A stretch of 64,000 nucleotides of DNA from Eledone cirrhosa (lineage: Eukaryota): assembly GCA_964016885.1 (NCBI GenBank), contig OZ024743.1, forward strand, positions 134,106,001 through 134,170,000, written 5' to 3'. The notes beneath the pieces are model-generated. The model worked only from the letters and a program-made list of their open reading frames with translations, was not told the DNA's origin and ran no database searches. The position numbers and the translations under genes are program-made. Positions 12,830 to 24,200 of this stretch are shown here, one piece after another; the first letter of the stretch is position 1; the number at the start of each line of letters is the position of its first letter.

Positions 12830-13770
12830 GGTGCTTGGTGTTTGCTGTTTGGTGTTTGGTGTTTGCTGTTTGCTGTTTGGTGTTTGGTGCTGGGTGCTTG
12901 GTGTTTGGTGTTTGATGCTTGGTGTTTGATGCTTGGTGCTTGGTGCTTGGTGTTTGGTGTTTGGTGTTTGCTGTTTGGTGTTTGGTGCTTGGTGCTTGGT
13001 GCTTGGTGTTTGGTGCTTGGTGCTTGGTGTTTGGTGCTTGGTGCTTGATGGTTGGTGTTTGTACTTGGTGCTTGGTGCTTGGTGTTTTGTGCTTGATTCT
13101 TGGTGTTTGGTGCTTGGTGTTTGCTGCTTAGTGCTTGGTGTTTGGTGTTTGGTGCTTGGTGTTTGGTGCTTGGTGCTTGGTGCTTGGTGTTTGGTGTTTG
13201 GTGCTTCATGCTTGGTGCTTGGTGTTTGGTGCTTGGTGCTTGGTGTTTGGTGCTTGGTGCCTGGTGTTTGGTGCTTGATGCTTGGTGTTTGGTGTTTGGT
13301 GCTTGGTGCTTGGTGTTTGGTGTTTGGCGTTTGCTGTTTGCTGTTTGGTGTTTGGTGTTTGCTGTTTGCTGTTTGGTGTTTGGTGCTGGGTGCTTGGTGT
13401 TTGGTGTTTGATGCTTGGTGTTTGATGCTTGGTGCTTGGTGCTTGGTGTTTGGTGTTTGGTGTTTGCTGTTTGGTGTTTGGTGCTTGGTGCTTGGTGCTT
13501 GGTGTTTGGTGCTTGGTGCTTGGTGTTTGGTGCTTGGTGCTTGATGGTTGGTGTTTGTACTTGGTGCTTGGTGCTTGGTGTTTTGTGCTTGGTGTTTGGT
13601 GCTTGGTGCTTGGTGCTTGGTGTTAGGTGTTTGGTGCTTGGTGTTTGGTGTTTGGTGCTTCATGCTTGGTGCTTGGTGTTTGGTGCTTGGTGCTTGGTGT
13701 TTGGTGCTTGGTGCCTGGTGTTTGGCGCTTGATGCTTGGTGTTTGGTGTTTGGTGCTTGGTGTTTGGTGC
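12830..13770. repeat. Local tandem duplication, period 496 bp (71 monomers, one a hexamer)
   Basis: TTGATGGTTGG is at 13045 and 13541. ORF starts 12919/13415 and 12933/13429 are offset by 496. CTTCATGC occurs in both copies, though at a shorter offset. Confidence 0.8.
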
Positions 13771-14889
13771 TTGGTGCTTGGTGCTTGGTGTTAGGTGTTA
13801 GGTGTTTGATGCTTGGTGTTTGCTGTTTGGTGTTTGCTGTTTGGTGTTTGTTGTTTGGTGTTTGGTGCTTGGTGTTTGGTTTTTGCTGTTTGGTGTTTGG
13901 TGTTTGCTGTTTGCTGTTTGCTGTTTGGTGTCTGCTTTTTGGTGTTTGGTGTTTGCTGTATCGTGTTTGCTGTTTCGTGTTTATTGTTTGCTGTTTGGTG
14001 TTTGGTGTTTGGTGTTTGGTGTTTCCTGTTTGGTGTTTAGTGTTTGGTGCTTGGTGTTTGGTGCTTGGTGCTTGGTGTTTGGTGTTTGGTGCTTGGTGCT
14101 TGGTGTTTGGTGCTTGGTGCTTGTTGTTTGGTGATTGGTGCTTGGTGCTTGGTGTTTGGTGTTTGGTGCTTGGGGCTTGGTGTTTGGTGCTGCGTGCTTG
14201 GTGCTTGGTGCTTGGTGCTTGGTGCTTGGTGTTTGGTGTTTGATGATTGGTGTTTGGTGTTTGGTGTTTGGTACTTGGTGCTTGGTGTTTGGTGTTTGAT
14301 GCTTGCTGCTTGATACTTGGTGCTTGGTGCTTGGTGTTTGGTGCTTGGTGCTTGGTACTTGGTGTTTGGTTCTTGGTGTTTGCTGTTTGCTGTTTGGTGT
14401 TTGGTGTTTGCTGTTTGCTGTTTGGTGTCTGCTTTTTGGTGTTTGTTGTTTGCTCTATGGTGTTTGCTGTTTCATGTTTGGTGTTTGCTGTTTGGTGTTT
14501 GTTGTTTGGTGTTTGGTGCTTGGTGTTTGGTGCTTGGTGCTTGGTGTTTGGTGCTAGGTGCTTGGTGCTTGGTGCTTGGTGTTTGGTGTTTGGTGCTTGG
14601 TACTTGGGGCTTGGTGTTTGGTGCTTGGTGCTTCGTGCTTGGTGTTTGGTGCTTGGTGCTTGGTGTTTGGTGTTTGGTGTTTGGTGCTTGGTGCTTGGTA
14701 TTTGGTGTTTGCTGTTTACTGTTTGGTGTTTGTTGTTTGGTGTTTGTTGTTTGGTGTTTGTTGTTTGGTGTTTGTTGTTTGGTGTTTGCTGTTTGGTGTT
14801 TGGTGTTTGCTGTTTGGTGTTTGGTCTTTGGTGCTTGGTGTTTGGTGCTTGGTGCTTGGTGTTTGGTGTTTGGTGCTTGGTGCTTGGTG

Positions 14890-17800
14890 TTTGGTGTTTG
14901 GTGCTTGGTGCTTGGTGCTTGGTATTTGGTGTTTGGTGCTTGGTGTCTGGTGCTTGGTGTTTGGTGCTTGGTGTTTGGTGTTTGGTGTTTGGTGCTTGGT
15001 GCTTGGTATTTGGTGTTTGGTGCTTGGTGTCTGGTGCTTGGTGTTTGGTGCTTGGTGTTTGGTGTTTGGTGTTTGGTGCTTGGTGCTTGGTGTTTGGTGT
15101 TTGGTGTTTGGTGTTTGGTGTTTGCTGTTTGGTGTCTGCTTTTTGGTGTTTGGTGTTTGCTGTATGGTGTTTGCTGTTTCGTGTTTGGTGTTTGCTGTTT
15201 GGTGTTTGGTGTTTGATGTTTGGTGTTTGGTCTTTGGTGCTTGGTGTTTGGTGCTTGGTGTTTGGTGTTTGGTGCTTGGTGCTTGGTGTTTGGTATTTGG
15301 TGCTTGGTGCTTGGTGCTTGGTGTTTGGTGTTTGGTGCTTGGTGCTTGGTGCTTGGTGTTTGGTGCTTGGTGCTTGGTGTTTGGTGCTGGGTGCTTGGTG
15401 TTTGGTGCTTGGTGCTTGGTGCTTGGTGTTTGGTGCTGGGTGCTTGGTGTTTGGTGTTTGGTGTTATATGCTTGGTGTTTGATGCTTGGTGCTTGGTGCT
15501 TGTTGTTTGGTGTTTGGTGCTTGGTGTTTGATGCTTGGTGTTTGATGCTTGGTGCTTGGTGCTTGGTGTTTGGTGCTTGGTGCTTGGTGTTTGTACTTGG
15601 TGCTTGGTGCTTGGTTCTTTGTGTTTGGTGCTTGGTGCTTGGTGCTTGGTGCTTTGTGTTTGGTGCTTGGTGTTTGGTGCTTGGTGTTTGGTGCTTGGTG
15701 CCTGGTGCTTGGTGCTTGGTGCTTGGTGTTTGGTGCTTGGTGTTTGGTGCTTGGTGTTAGGTGTTTGGTGCTTGGTGCTTGGTGTTTGGTGTTTGGTGCT
15801 TGGTGTTTGGTGCTTGGTGCTTGGTGTTTGGTGTTTGGTGCTTGGTGTTTGGTGCTTGGTACTTGGTGCTTGGTGCTTGGTGTTAGGTGTTTGGTGCTTG
15901 GTGTTTGGTTTTTGGTGCTTGGTGCTTGGTGTTTGGTGTTTGGTGCTTGCTGCTGGCTGCTTGGTGCTTGGTGATTGGGGCTTGGTGTTTGGTGCTTGGT
16001 GTTTGGTGTTTGGTGCTAGGTGCTTGGTGCTTGGTGTTTGGTGCTTGGTGCTTGGTGTTTGGTGTTTGGTGCTTGGTGCTTGGTGTTTGGTGCTTGGTGC
16101 TGGGTGGTTGGTGTTTGGTGCTTGGTGTTTGGTGCTGGGTGCTTGGTGTTTGGTGCTTGGTGCTTGGTCTTTGGTGCTTGGTGTTTGGTGTTTGGTGCTT
16201 GCTGCTTGGTGTTTGGTTCTTGGTGCTTGGTGTTTGGTGCTTGGTGCTTAGTGTTTGGTGCTAGGTGCTTGGGGTTTGGTGTTTGGTGCTTGGTGTTTGG
16301 TGCTTGGTGCTTGGTGTTTGGTGTTTGGTGTTTGGTGCTTGGTGCTTGGTATTTGGTGTTTGCTGTTTACTGTTTGGTGTTTGTTGTTTGGTGTTTGTTG
16401 TTTGGTGTTTGTTGTTTGGTGTTTGTTGTTTGGTGTTTGCTGTTTGGTGTTTGGTGTTTGTTGTTTGGTGTTTGCTGTTTGGTGTCTGCTTTTTGGTGTT
16501 TGGTGTTTGCTGTATGTTGTTTGCTGTTTGGTGTTTGGTGTTTGGTATTTGGTGTTTGGTGCTTGGTGCTTGGTGTTTGGTGCTTGGTGCTTGGTGTTTG
16601 GTGCCTGGTGCTTGGTGCTTGGTGTTTGGTGTTTGGTGCTTGGTGCTTGGTGCTTGGAGTTTGGTGTTTGGTGCTTGTTGCTTGGTGTTTTGTGTTTGGT
16701 GTTTGGTTTTTGGTGCTTGGTGCTTGGTGCTTGGTCCTTGGTGTTTGGTGCTGGGTGCTTTGTGTTTGGTGCTTGGTGCTTCGTGCTTGGTGTTTGGTGT
16801 TTGCTGCTTGGTGTTTGGTGCTTGGTGCTTGGTGCTTGGTGTTTTGTGTTTGGTGCTTGGTGCTTGGTGTTTGTACTTGGTGCTTGGTGCTTGGTGTTTG
16901 GTTCTTGGTTCTTGGTGTTTGGTACTTGGTGCTTGCTGCTTGGTGCTTGGTGTTTGGTGCTTGGTGTTTGGTGCTTGGTGCTTGGTGTTTGGTGCTTGGT
17001 GTTTGGTGTTTGGTGCTTGGTGCTTGGTGTTTGGTGTTTGGTGTTTGCTGTTTGCTGTTTGCTGTTTGGTGTCTGCTTTTTGGTGTTTGTTGTTTGATGT
17101 ATGGTGTTTGCTGTTTCGTGTTTGGTGTTTGCTGTTTGGTGTTTGGTCTTTGGTGCTTGGTGTTTGGTGCTTGGTGCTTGGTGTTTGGTGTTTGGTGCTT
17201 GGTGCTTGGTGTTTGTTGTTTGGTGCTTGGTGCTTGGTGCTTGGTATTTGGTGTTTGGTGCTTGGTGTCTGGGGCTTGGTGTTTGGTTCTTGGTGTTTGG
17301 TGTTTGGTGTTTGGTGCTTGGTGCTTGGTATTTGGTGTTTGGTGCTTGGTGTCTGGTGCTTGGTGTTTGGTGCTTGGTGTTTGGTGTTTGGTGTTAGGTG
17401 CTTGGTGCTTGGTGTTTGGTGTTTGGTGTTTGGTGTTTGGTGTTTGCTGTTTGGTGTCTGCTTTTTGGTGTTTGGTGTTTGCTGTATGGTGTTTGCTGTT
17501 TCGTGTTTGGTGTTTGCTGTTTGGTTTTTGGTGTTTGCTGTTTGGTGTTTGGTGTTTGGTGATTGGTGCTTGGTGTTTGGTGTTATATGCTTGGTGTTTG
17601 ATGCTTGGTGCTTGCTGCTTGGTGTTTGGTGTTTGGTGCTTGGTGTTTGATGCTTGGTTCTTGGTGCTTGGTGTTTGGTGCTTGGTGCTTGGTGTTTGTA
17701 CTTGGTGTTTGGTGCTTGGTTCTTGGTGTTTGGTGCTTGGTGCTTGGTGCTTGGTATTTGGTGTTTGGTGCTTGGTGTCTGGTGCTTGGTGTTTGGTGCT

Positions 17801-20800
17801 TGGTGTTTGGTGTTTGGTGTTTGGTGCTTGGTGCTTGGTGTTTGGTGTTTGGTGCTTGGTGTTTGGTGTTTGGTGTTTGGTGCTTGTTGCTTGGTGCTTG
17901 GTGCTTGGTGTTTGGTGCTGGGTGCTGGGTGCTTGGTGCTTGGTGCATGGTGCTTGGTGTTTGGTGTTTGGTGTTTGGTGCTTGGTGCTTGGTGTTTGGT
18001 GTTATATGCTTGGTGTTTGATGCTTGGTGCTTGCTGCTTGGTGTTTGGTGTTTGGTGCTTGGTGTTTGGTGCTTGCTACGTGGTGCTTGGTGCTTGGTGT
18101 TAGGTGTTTGGTGCTTGGTGCGTGGTGTTTGGTTTTTGGTGCTTGGTGCTTGGTGTTTGGTGCTTGGTGTTTGGTGCTTGGTGATTGGTGCTTGGTGTTT
18201 GGTGCTTGGTGTTTGGTGTTTGGTGCTAGGTGCTTGGTGCTTGGTGTTTGGTGCTTGGTGCTTGGTGTTTGGTGTTTGGTGCTTTGTGCTTGGTGTTTGG
18301 TGCTTGGTGCTGGGTGGTTGGTGTTTGGTGCTTGGTGTTTGGTGCTGGGTGCTTGGTGTTTGGTGCTTGGTGTTTGGTGCTTGGTCTTTGGTGCTTGGTG
18401 TTTGGTGTTTGGTGCTTGGTGCTTGGTGCTTGGTATTTGGTGTTTGGTGCTTGGTGTCTGGTGCTTGGTGTTTGGTGCTTGGTGTTTGGTGTTTGGTGTT
18501 TGGTGCTTGGTGCTTGGTATTTGGTGTTTGGTGCTTGGTGTCTGGTGCTTGGTGTTTGGTGCTTGGTGTTTGGTGTTTGGTGTTTGGTGCTTGGTGCTTG
18601 GTGTTTGGTGTTTGGTGTTTGGTGATTGGTGTTTGCTGTTTGGTGTCTGCTTTTTGGTGTTTGGTGTTTGCTGTATGGTGTTTGCTGTTTCGTGTTTGGT
18701 GTTTGCTGTTTGGTGTTTGGTGTTTGCTGTTTGGTGTTTGGTCTTTGGTGCTTGGTGTTTGGTGCTTGGTGTTTGGTGTTTGGTGCTTGGTGCTTGGTGT
18801 TTGGTATTTGGTGCTTGGTGCTTGGTGCTTGGTGTTTGGTGTTTGGTGCTTGGTGCTTGGTGCTTGGTGTTTGGTGCTTGGTGCTTGGTGTTTGGTGCTG
18901 GGTGCTTGGTGTTTGGTGCTTGGTGCTTGGTGCTTGGTGTTTGGTGCTGGGTGCTTGGTGTTTGGTGTTTGGTGTTATATGCTTGGTGTTTGATGCTTGG
19001 TGCTTGGTGCTTGTTGTTTGGTGTTTGGTGCTTGGTGTTTGATGCTTGGTGTTTGATGCTTGGTGCTTGGTGCTTGGTGTTTGGTGCTTGGTGCTTGGTG
19101 TTTGTACTTGGTGCTTGGTGCTTGGTTCTTTGTGTTTGGTGCTTGGTGCTTGGTGCTTGGTGCTTTGTGTTTGGTGCTTGGTGTTTGGTGCTTGGTGTTT
19201 GGTGCTTGGTGCCTGGTGCTTGGTGCTTGGTGCTTGGTGTTTGGTGCTTGGTGTTTGGTGCTTGGTGTTAGGTGTTTGGTGCTTGGTGCTTGGTGTTTGG
19301 TGTTTGGTGCTTGGTGTTTGGTGCTTGGTGCTTGGTGTTTGGTGTTTGGTGCTTGGTGTTTGGTGCTTGGTACTTGGTGCTTGGTGCTTGGTGTTAGGTG
19401 TTTGGTGCTTGGTGTTTGGTTTTTGGTGCTTGGTGCTTGGTGTTTGGTGTTTGGTGCTTGCTGCTGGCTGCTTGGTGCTTTGTGATTGGGGCTTGGTGTT
19501 TGGTGCTTGGTGTTTGGTGTTTGGTGCTAGGTGCTTGGTGCTTGGTGTTTGGTGCTTGGTGCTTGGTGTTTGGTGTTTGGTGCTTGGTGCTTGGTGTTTG
19601 GTGCTTGGTGCTGGGTGGTTGGTGTTTGGTGCTTGGTGTTTGGTGCTGGGTGCTTGGTGTTTGGTGCTTGGTGCTTGGTCTTTGGTGCTTGGTGTTTGGT
19701 GTTTGGTGCTTGCTGCTTGGTGTTTGGTTCTTGGTGCTTGGTGTTTGGTGCTTGGTGCTTAGTGTTTGGTGCTAGGTGCTTGGGGTTTGGTGTTTGGTGC
19801 TTGGTGTTTGGTGCTTGGTGCTTGGTGTTTGGTGTTTGGTGTTTGGTGCTTGGTGCTTGGTATTTGGTGTTTGCTGTTTACTGTTTGGTGTTTGTTGTTT
19901 GGTGTTTGTTGTTTGGTGTTTGTTGTTTGGTGTTTGTTGTTTGGTGTTTGCTGTTTGGTGTTTGGTGTTTGTTGTTTGGTGTTTGCTGTTTGGTGTCTGC
20001 TTTTTGGTGTTTGGTGTTTGCTGTATGTTGTTTGCTGTTTGGTGTTTGGTGTTTGGTATTTGGTGTTTGGTGCTTGGTGCTTGGAGTTTGGTGCTTGGTG
20101 CTTGGTGTTTGGTGCCTGGTGCTTGGTGCTTGGTGTTTGGTGTTTGGTGCTTGGTGCTTGGTGCTTGGAGTTTGGTGTTTGGTGCTTGTTGCTTGGTGTT
20201 TTGTGTTTGGTGTTTGGTTTTTGGTGCTTGGTGCTTGGTGCTTGGTCCTTGGTGTTTGGTGCTGGGTGCTTTGTGTTTGGTGCTTGGTGCTTCGTGCTTG
20301 GTGTTTGGTGTTTGCTGCTTGGTGTTTGGTGCTTGGTGCTTGGTGCTTGGTGTTTTGTGTTTGGTGCTTGGTGCTTGGTGTTTGTACTTGGTGCTTGGTG
20401 CTTGGTGTTTGGTTCTTGGTTCTTGGTGTTTGGTACTTGGTGCTTGCTGCTTGGTGCTTGGTGTTTGGTGCTTGGTGTTTGGTGCTTGGTGCTTGGTGTT
20501 TGGTGCTTGGTGTTTGGTGTTTGGTGCTTGGTGCTTGGTGTTTGGTGTTTGGTGTTTGCTGTTTGCTGTTTGCTGTTTGGTGTCTGCTTTTTGGTGTTTG
20601 TTGTTTGCTGTATGGTGTTTGCTGTTTCGTGTTTGGTGTTTGCTGTTTGGTGTTTGGTCTTTGGTGCTTGGTGTTTGGTGCTTGGTGCTTGGTGTTTGGT
20701 GTTTGGTGCTTGGTGCTTGGTGTTTGGTGTTTGCTGCTTGGTGCTTGGTGCTTGGTATTTGGTGTCTGGTGCTTGGTGTCTGGGGCTTGGTGTTTGGTTC

Positions 20801-21250
20801 TTGGTGTTTGGTGTTTGGTGTTTGTTGCTTGGTGCTTGGTATTTGGTGTTTGGTGCTTGGTGTCTGGTGCTTGGTGTTTGGTGCTTGGTGTTTGGTGTTT
20901 GGTGTTTGGTGCTTGGTGCTTGGTGTTTGGTGTTTGGTGTTTGGTGTTTGGTGTTTGCTGTTTGGTGTCTGCTTTTTGGTGTTTGGTGTTTGCTGTATGG
21001 TGTTTGCTGTTTCGTGTTTGGTGTTTGCTGTTTGGTGTTTGGTGTTTGCTGTTTGGTGTTTGGTGTTTGGTGATTGGTGCTTGGTGTTTGGTGTTATATG
21101 CTTGGTGTTTGATGCTTGGTGCTTGCTGCTTGGTGTTTGGTGTTTGGTGCTTGGTGTTTGATGCTTGGTGCTTGGTGCTTGGTGTTTGGTGCTTGGTGCT
21201 TGGTGTTTGTACTTGGTGTTTGGTGCTTGGTTCTTGGTGTTTGGTGCTTG
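14890..21250. repeat. Higher-order tandem duplication, period 3511 bp (502 monomers); ~14890..17740 matches ~18400..21250
   Basis: GGTATTT is at 14921 and 18432. ORF pairs 15535/19046, 16020/19531, 16265/19776 and 17605/21116 are all offset by 3511 = 499x7 + 3x6, with three TTGTAC hexamers at 15591, 16871 and ~17696. Confidence 0.92.
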
Positions 21251-24200
21251 GTGCTTGGTGCTTGGTGTTTGGTGCTGGGTGCTTGGTGTTTGGTGCTTGG
21301 TGCTTGGTGCTTGGTATTTGGTGTTTGGTGCTTGGTGTCTGGTGCTTGGTGTTTGGTGCTTGGTGTTTGGTGTTTGGTGTATGGTGCTTGGTGCTTGGTG
21401 TTTGGTGTTTGGTGCTTGGTGTTTGGTGTTTGGTGCTTGGTACTTGGTGTTTGGTGCTTGGTGTTTGCTGTTTGCTGTTTGCTGTTTTTGGTGTTTGCTG
21501 TTTGCTGTTTCGTGTCTGCTTTTTGGTGTTTGGTGTTTGCTCTATGGTGTTTGCTGTTTCATGTTTGGTGTTTGCTGTTTGGTGTTTGGTGTTTGCTGTT
21601 TGGTGTTTGGTCTTTGGTGCTTGGTCTTTGGTGCTTGGTGTTTGGTGCTTGGTGCTTGGTGTTTGGTGTTTGGTGCTTGGTGCCTGGTGCTTGTTGTTTG
21701 GTGATTGGTGCTTGGTGTTTGCTGTTTGGTGTTTGGTGTTTGGTGTTTGCTGTTTGGTGTTTGGTGCTTGGTGCTTGGTGCTTGGTGTTTGGTGCTTGGT
21801 GCTTGGTGTTTGGTGCTTGGTGCTTGGTGTTTGGTGCTTGGTGCCTGGTGCTTGTTGTTTGGTGATTGGTGCTTGGTGTTTGCTGTTTGGTGTTTGGTGT
21901 TTGGTGTTTGCTGTTTGGTGTTTGGTGCTTGGTGTTTGATGCTTGGTGCTTGGTGCTTGGTGTTTGGTGTTTGGTGTTTTTTGTTTGCTGTTTGGTGCTT
22001 GGTGCTTGGTGCTTGGTGTTTGGTGCTTGGTGTTTGGTGCTTGGTGCTTGATGGTTGGTGTTTGTACTTGGTGCTTGGTGCTTGGTGTTTTGTGCTTGAT
22101 TCTTGGTGTTTGGTGCTAGGTGTTTGCTGCTTAGTGCTTGGTGTTTCGTGTTTGGTGCTTGGTGTTTGGTGCTTGGTGCTTGGTGCTTGGTGTTAGGTAT
22201 TTGGTGCTTGGTGTTTGGTGTTTGGTGCTTCATGCTTGGTGCTTGGTGTTTGGTCTTTGGTGCTTGGTCTTTGGTGCTTGGTGTTTGGTGCTTGGTGCTT
22301 GGTGTTTGGTGTTTGGTGCTTGGGGCCTGGTGCTTGTTGTTTGGTGATTGGTGCTTGGTGTTTGCTGTTTGGTGTTTGGTGTTTGGTGTTTGCTGTTTTG
22401 TGTTTGGTGCTTGGTGCTTGGTGCTTGGTGTTTGGTGGTTGGTGCTTGATGCTTGGTGTTTGTACTTGGTGCTTGGTGCTTGGTGTTTCGTGCTTGATTC
22501 TTGGTGTTTGGTGCTTGGTGTTTGGTGCTTAGTGCTTGGTGTTTGGTGTTTGGTGCTTGGTGTTTGGTGCTTGGTGCTTGGTGCTTGGTGTTAGGTGTTT
22601 GGTGCTTGGTGTTTGGTGCTTGGTGTTTGGTGCTTGGTGTTAGGTGTTAGGTGTTTGGTGATTGGTGCTTGGTGTTTGGTGCTTGGTGCTTGATGTTTGG
22701 TGCTTGGTGCTTGGTGTTTGGTGCTTGGTGTTTGGTGCTTGGTACTTGGGGCTTAGTGTTTGGTGCTTGGTGCTTGGTGTTTGGTGCTTGGTGTTTGGTG
22801 TTTGGTGCTTGGTGTTTGGTGCTTGGTGCTTGGTGCTGGGTGGTTGGTGTTTGGTGCTTGGTGCTTGGTATTTGGTGCTTGGTGCTTGGTGTTTGGTGCT
22901 TGGCGCTTGGTGCTTGGTCTTTGGTGCTTGGTGATTAGTGTTTGGTGCTTGGTGCTTGGGGTTTGGTGTTTGGTGCTTGGTGCTTGGTGTTTGGTGCTTG
23001 GTGTTTGGTTTTTACTGTTTGGTGTTTGGTGTTTGCTGTTTGCTGTTTGCTGTTTGGTGTCTGCTTTTTGGTGTTTGGTGTTTGCTGTATCGTGTTTGCT
23101 GTTTCGTGTTTATTGTTTGCTGTTTGGTGTTTGGTGTTTGGTGTTTGGTGTTTCCTGTTTGGTGTTTAGTCTTTGGTGATTGGTGCTTGGTGCTTGGTGT
23201 TTGGTGTTTGGTGCTTGGTGCTTGGTGTTTGGTGCTTGGTACTTGTTTTTGGTGATTGGTGCTTGGTGCTTGGTGTTTGCTGTTTGGTGCTTGGGGCTTG
23301 GTGTTTGGTGCTGCGTGCGTGGTGCTTGGTGCTTGGTGCTTGGTGCTTGGTGTTTGGTGTTTGATGATTGGTGTTTGGTGTTTGGTGTTTGGTGCTTGGT
23401 GCTTGGTGTTTGGTGTTTGATGCTTGCTGCTTGATGCTTGGTGCTTGGTGCTTGGTGTTTGGTGCTTGGTGCTTGGTGTTTGGTGCTTGGTACTTGGTGT
23501 TTGGTGCTTGGTGTTTGCTGTTTGATGTTTGGTGTTTGGTGTTTGTTGTTTGCTGTTTGGTGTCTGCTTTTTGGTGTTTGTTGTTTGCTCTATGGTGTTT
23601 GCTGTTTCATGTTTGGTGTTTGCTGTTTGGTGTTTGGTGTTTGCTGTTTGGTGTTTGGTGCTTGGTGTTTGGTGCTTGGTGCTTGGTGTTTGGTGCTAGG
23701 TGCTTCATGCTTGATGCTTGGTGTTTGGTGTTTGGTGCTTGGTACTTGGGGCTTGGTGTTTGGTGCTTGGTGCTTCGTGCTTGGTGTTTGGTGCTTGCTG
23801 CTTGGTGTTTGGTGTTTGGTGCTTGGTGCCTGGTGCTTGTTGTTTGGTGATTGGTGCTTGGTGTTTGCTGTTTGGTGCTGCGTGCTTGGTGCTTGGTGCT
23901 TGGTGCTTGGTGCTTGGTGTTTTGTGTTTGGTGTTTGATGCTTGGTGTTTGGTGTTTGGTGCTTGGTTCTTGGTGTTTGGTGTTTGATGCTTGGTGCTTG
24001 ATGCTTGGTGCTTGGTGCTTGGTGTTTGGTGCTTGGTGCTTGGTGTTTGTACTTGGTGATTGGTGCTTGGTGTTTGGTGCTTGGTGCTTGGTGTTTGGTG
24101 GTTGGTGCTTGGTGCTTGGTGTTTGGTGTTTGGTGCTTGGTGTTTGGTGCTTGGTGCTTGGTGCTTGGTGTTAGGTGTTTGGTGCTTCATGTCTGGTGCT

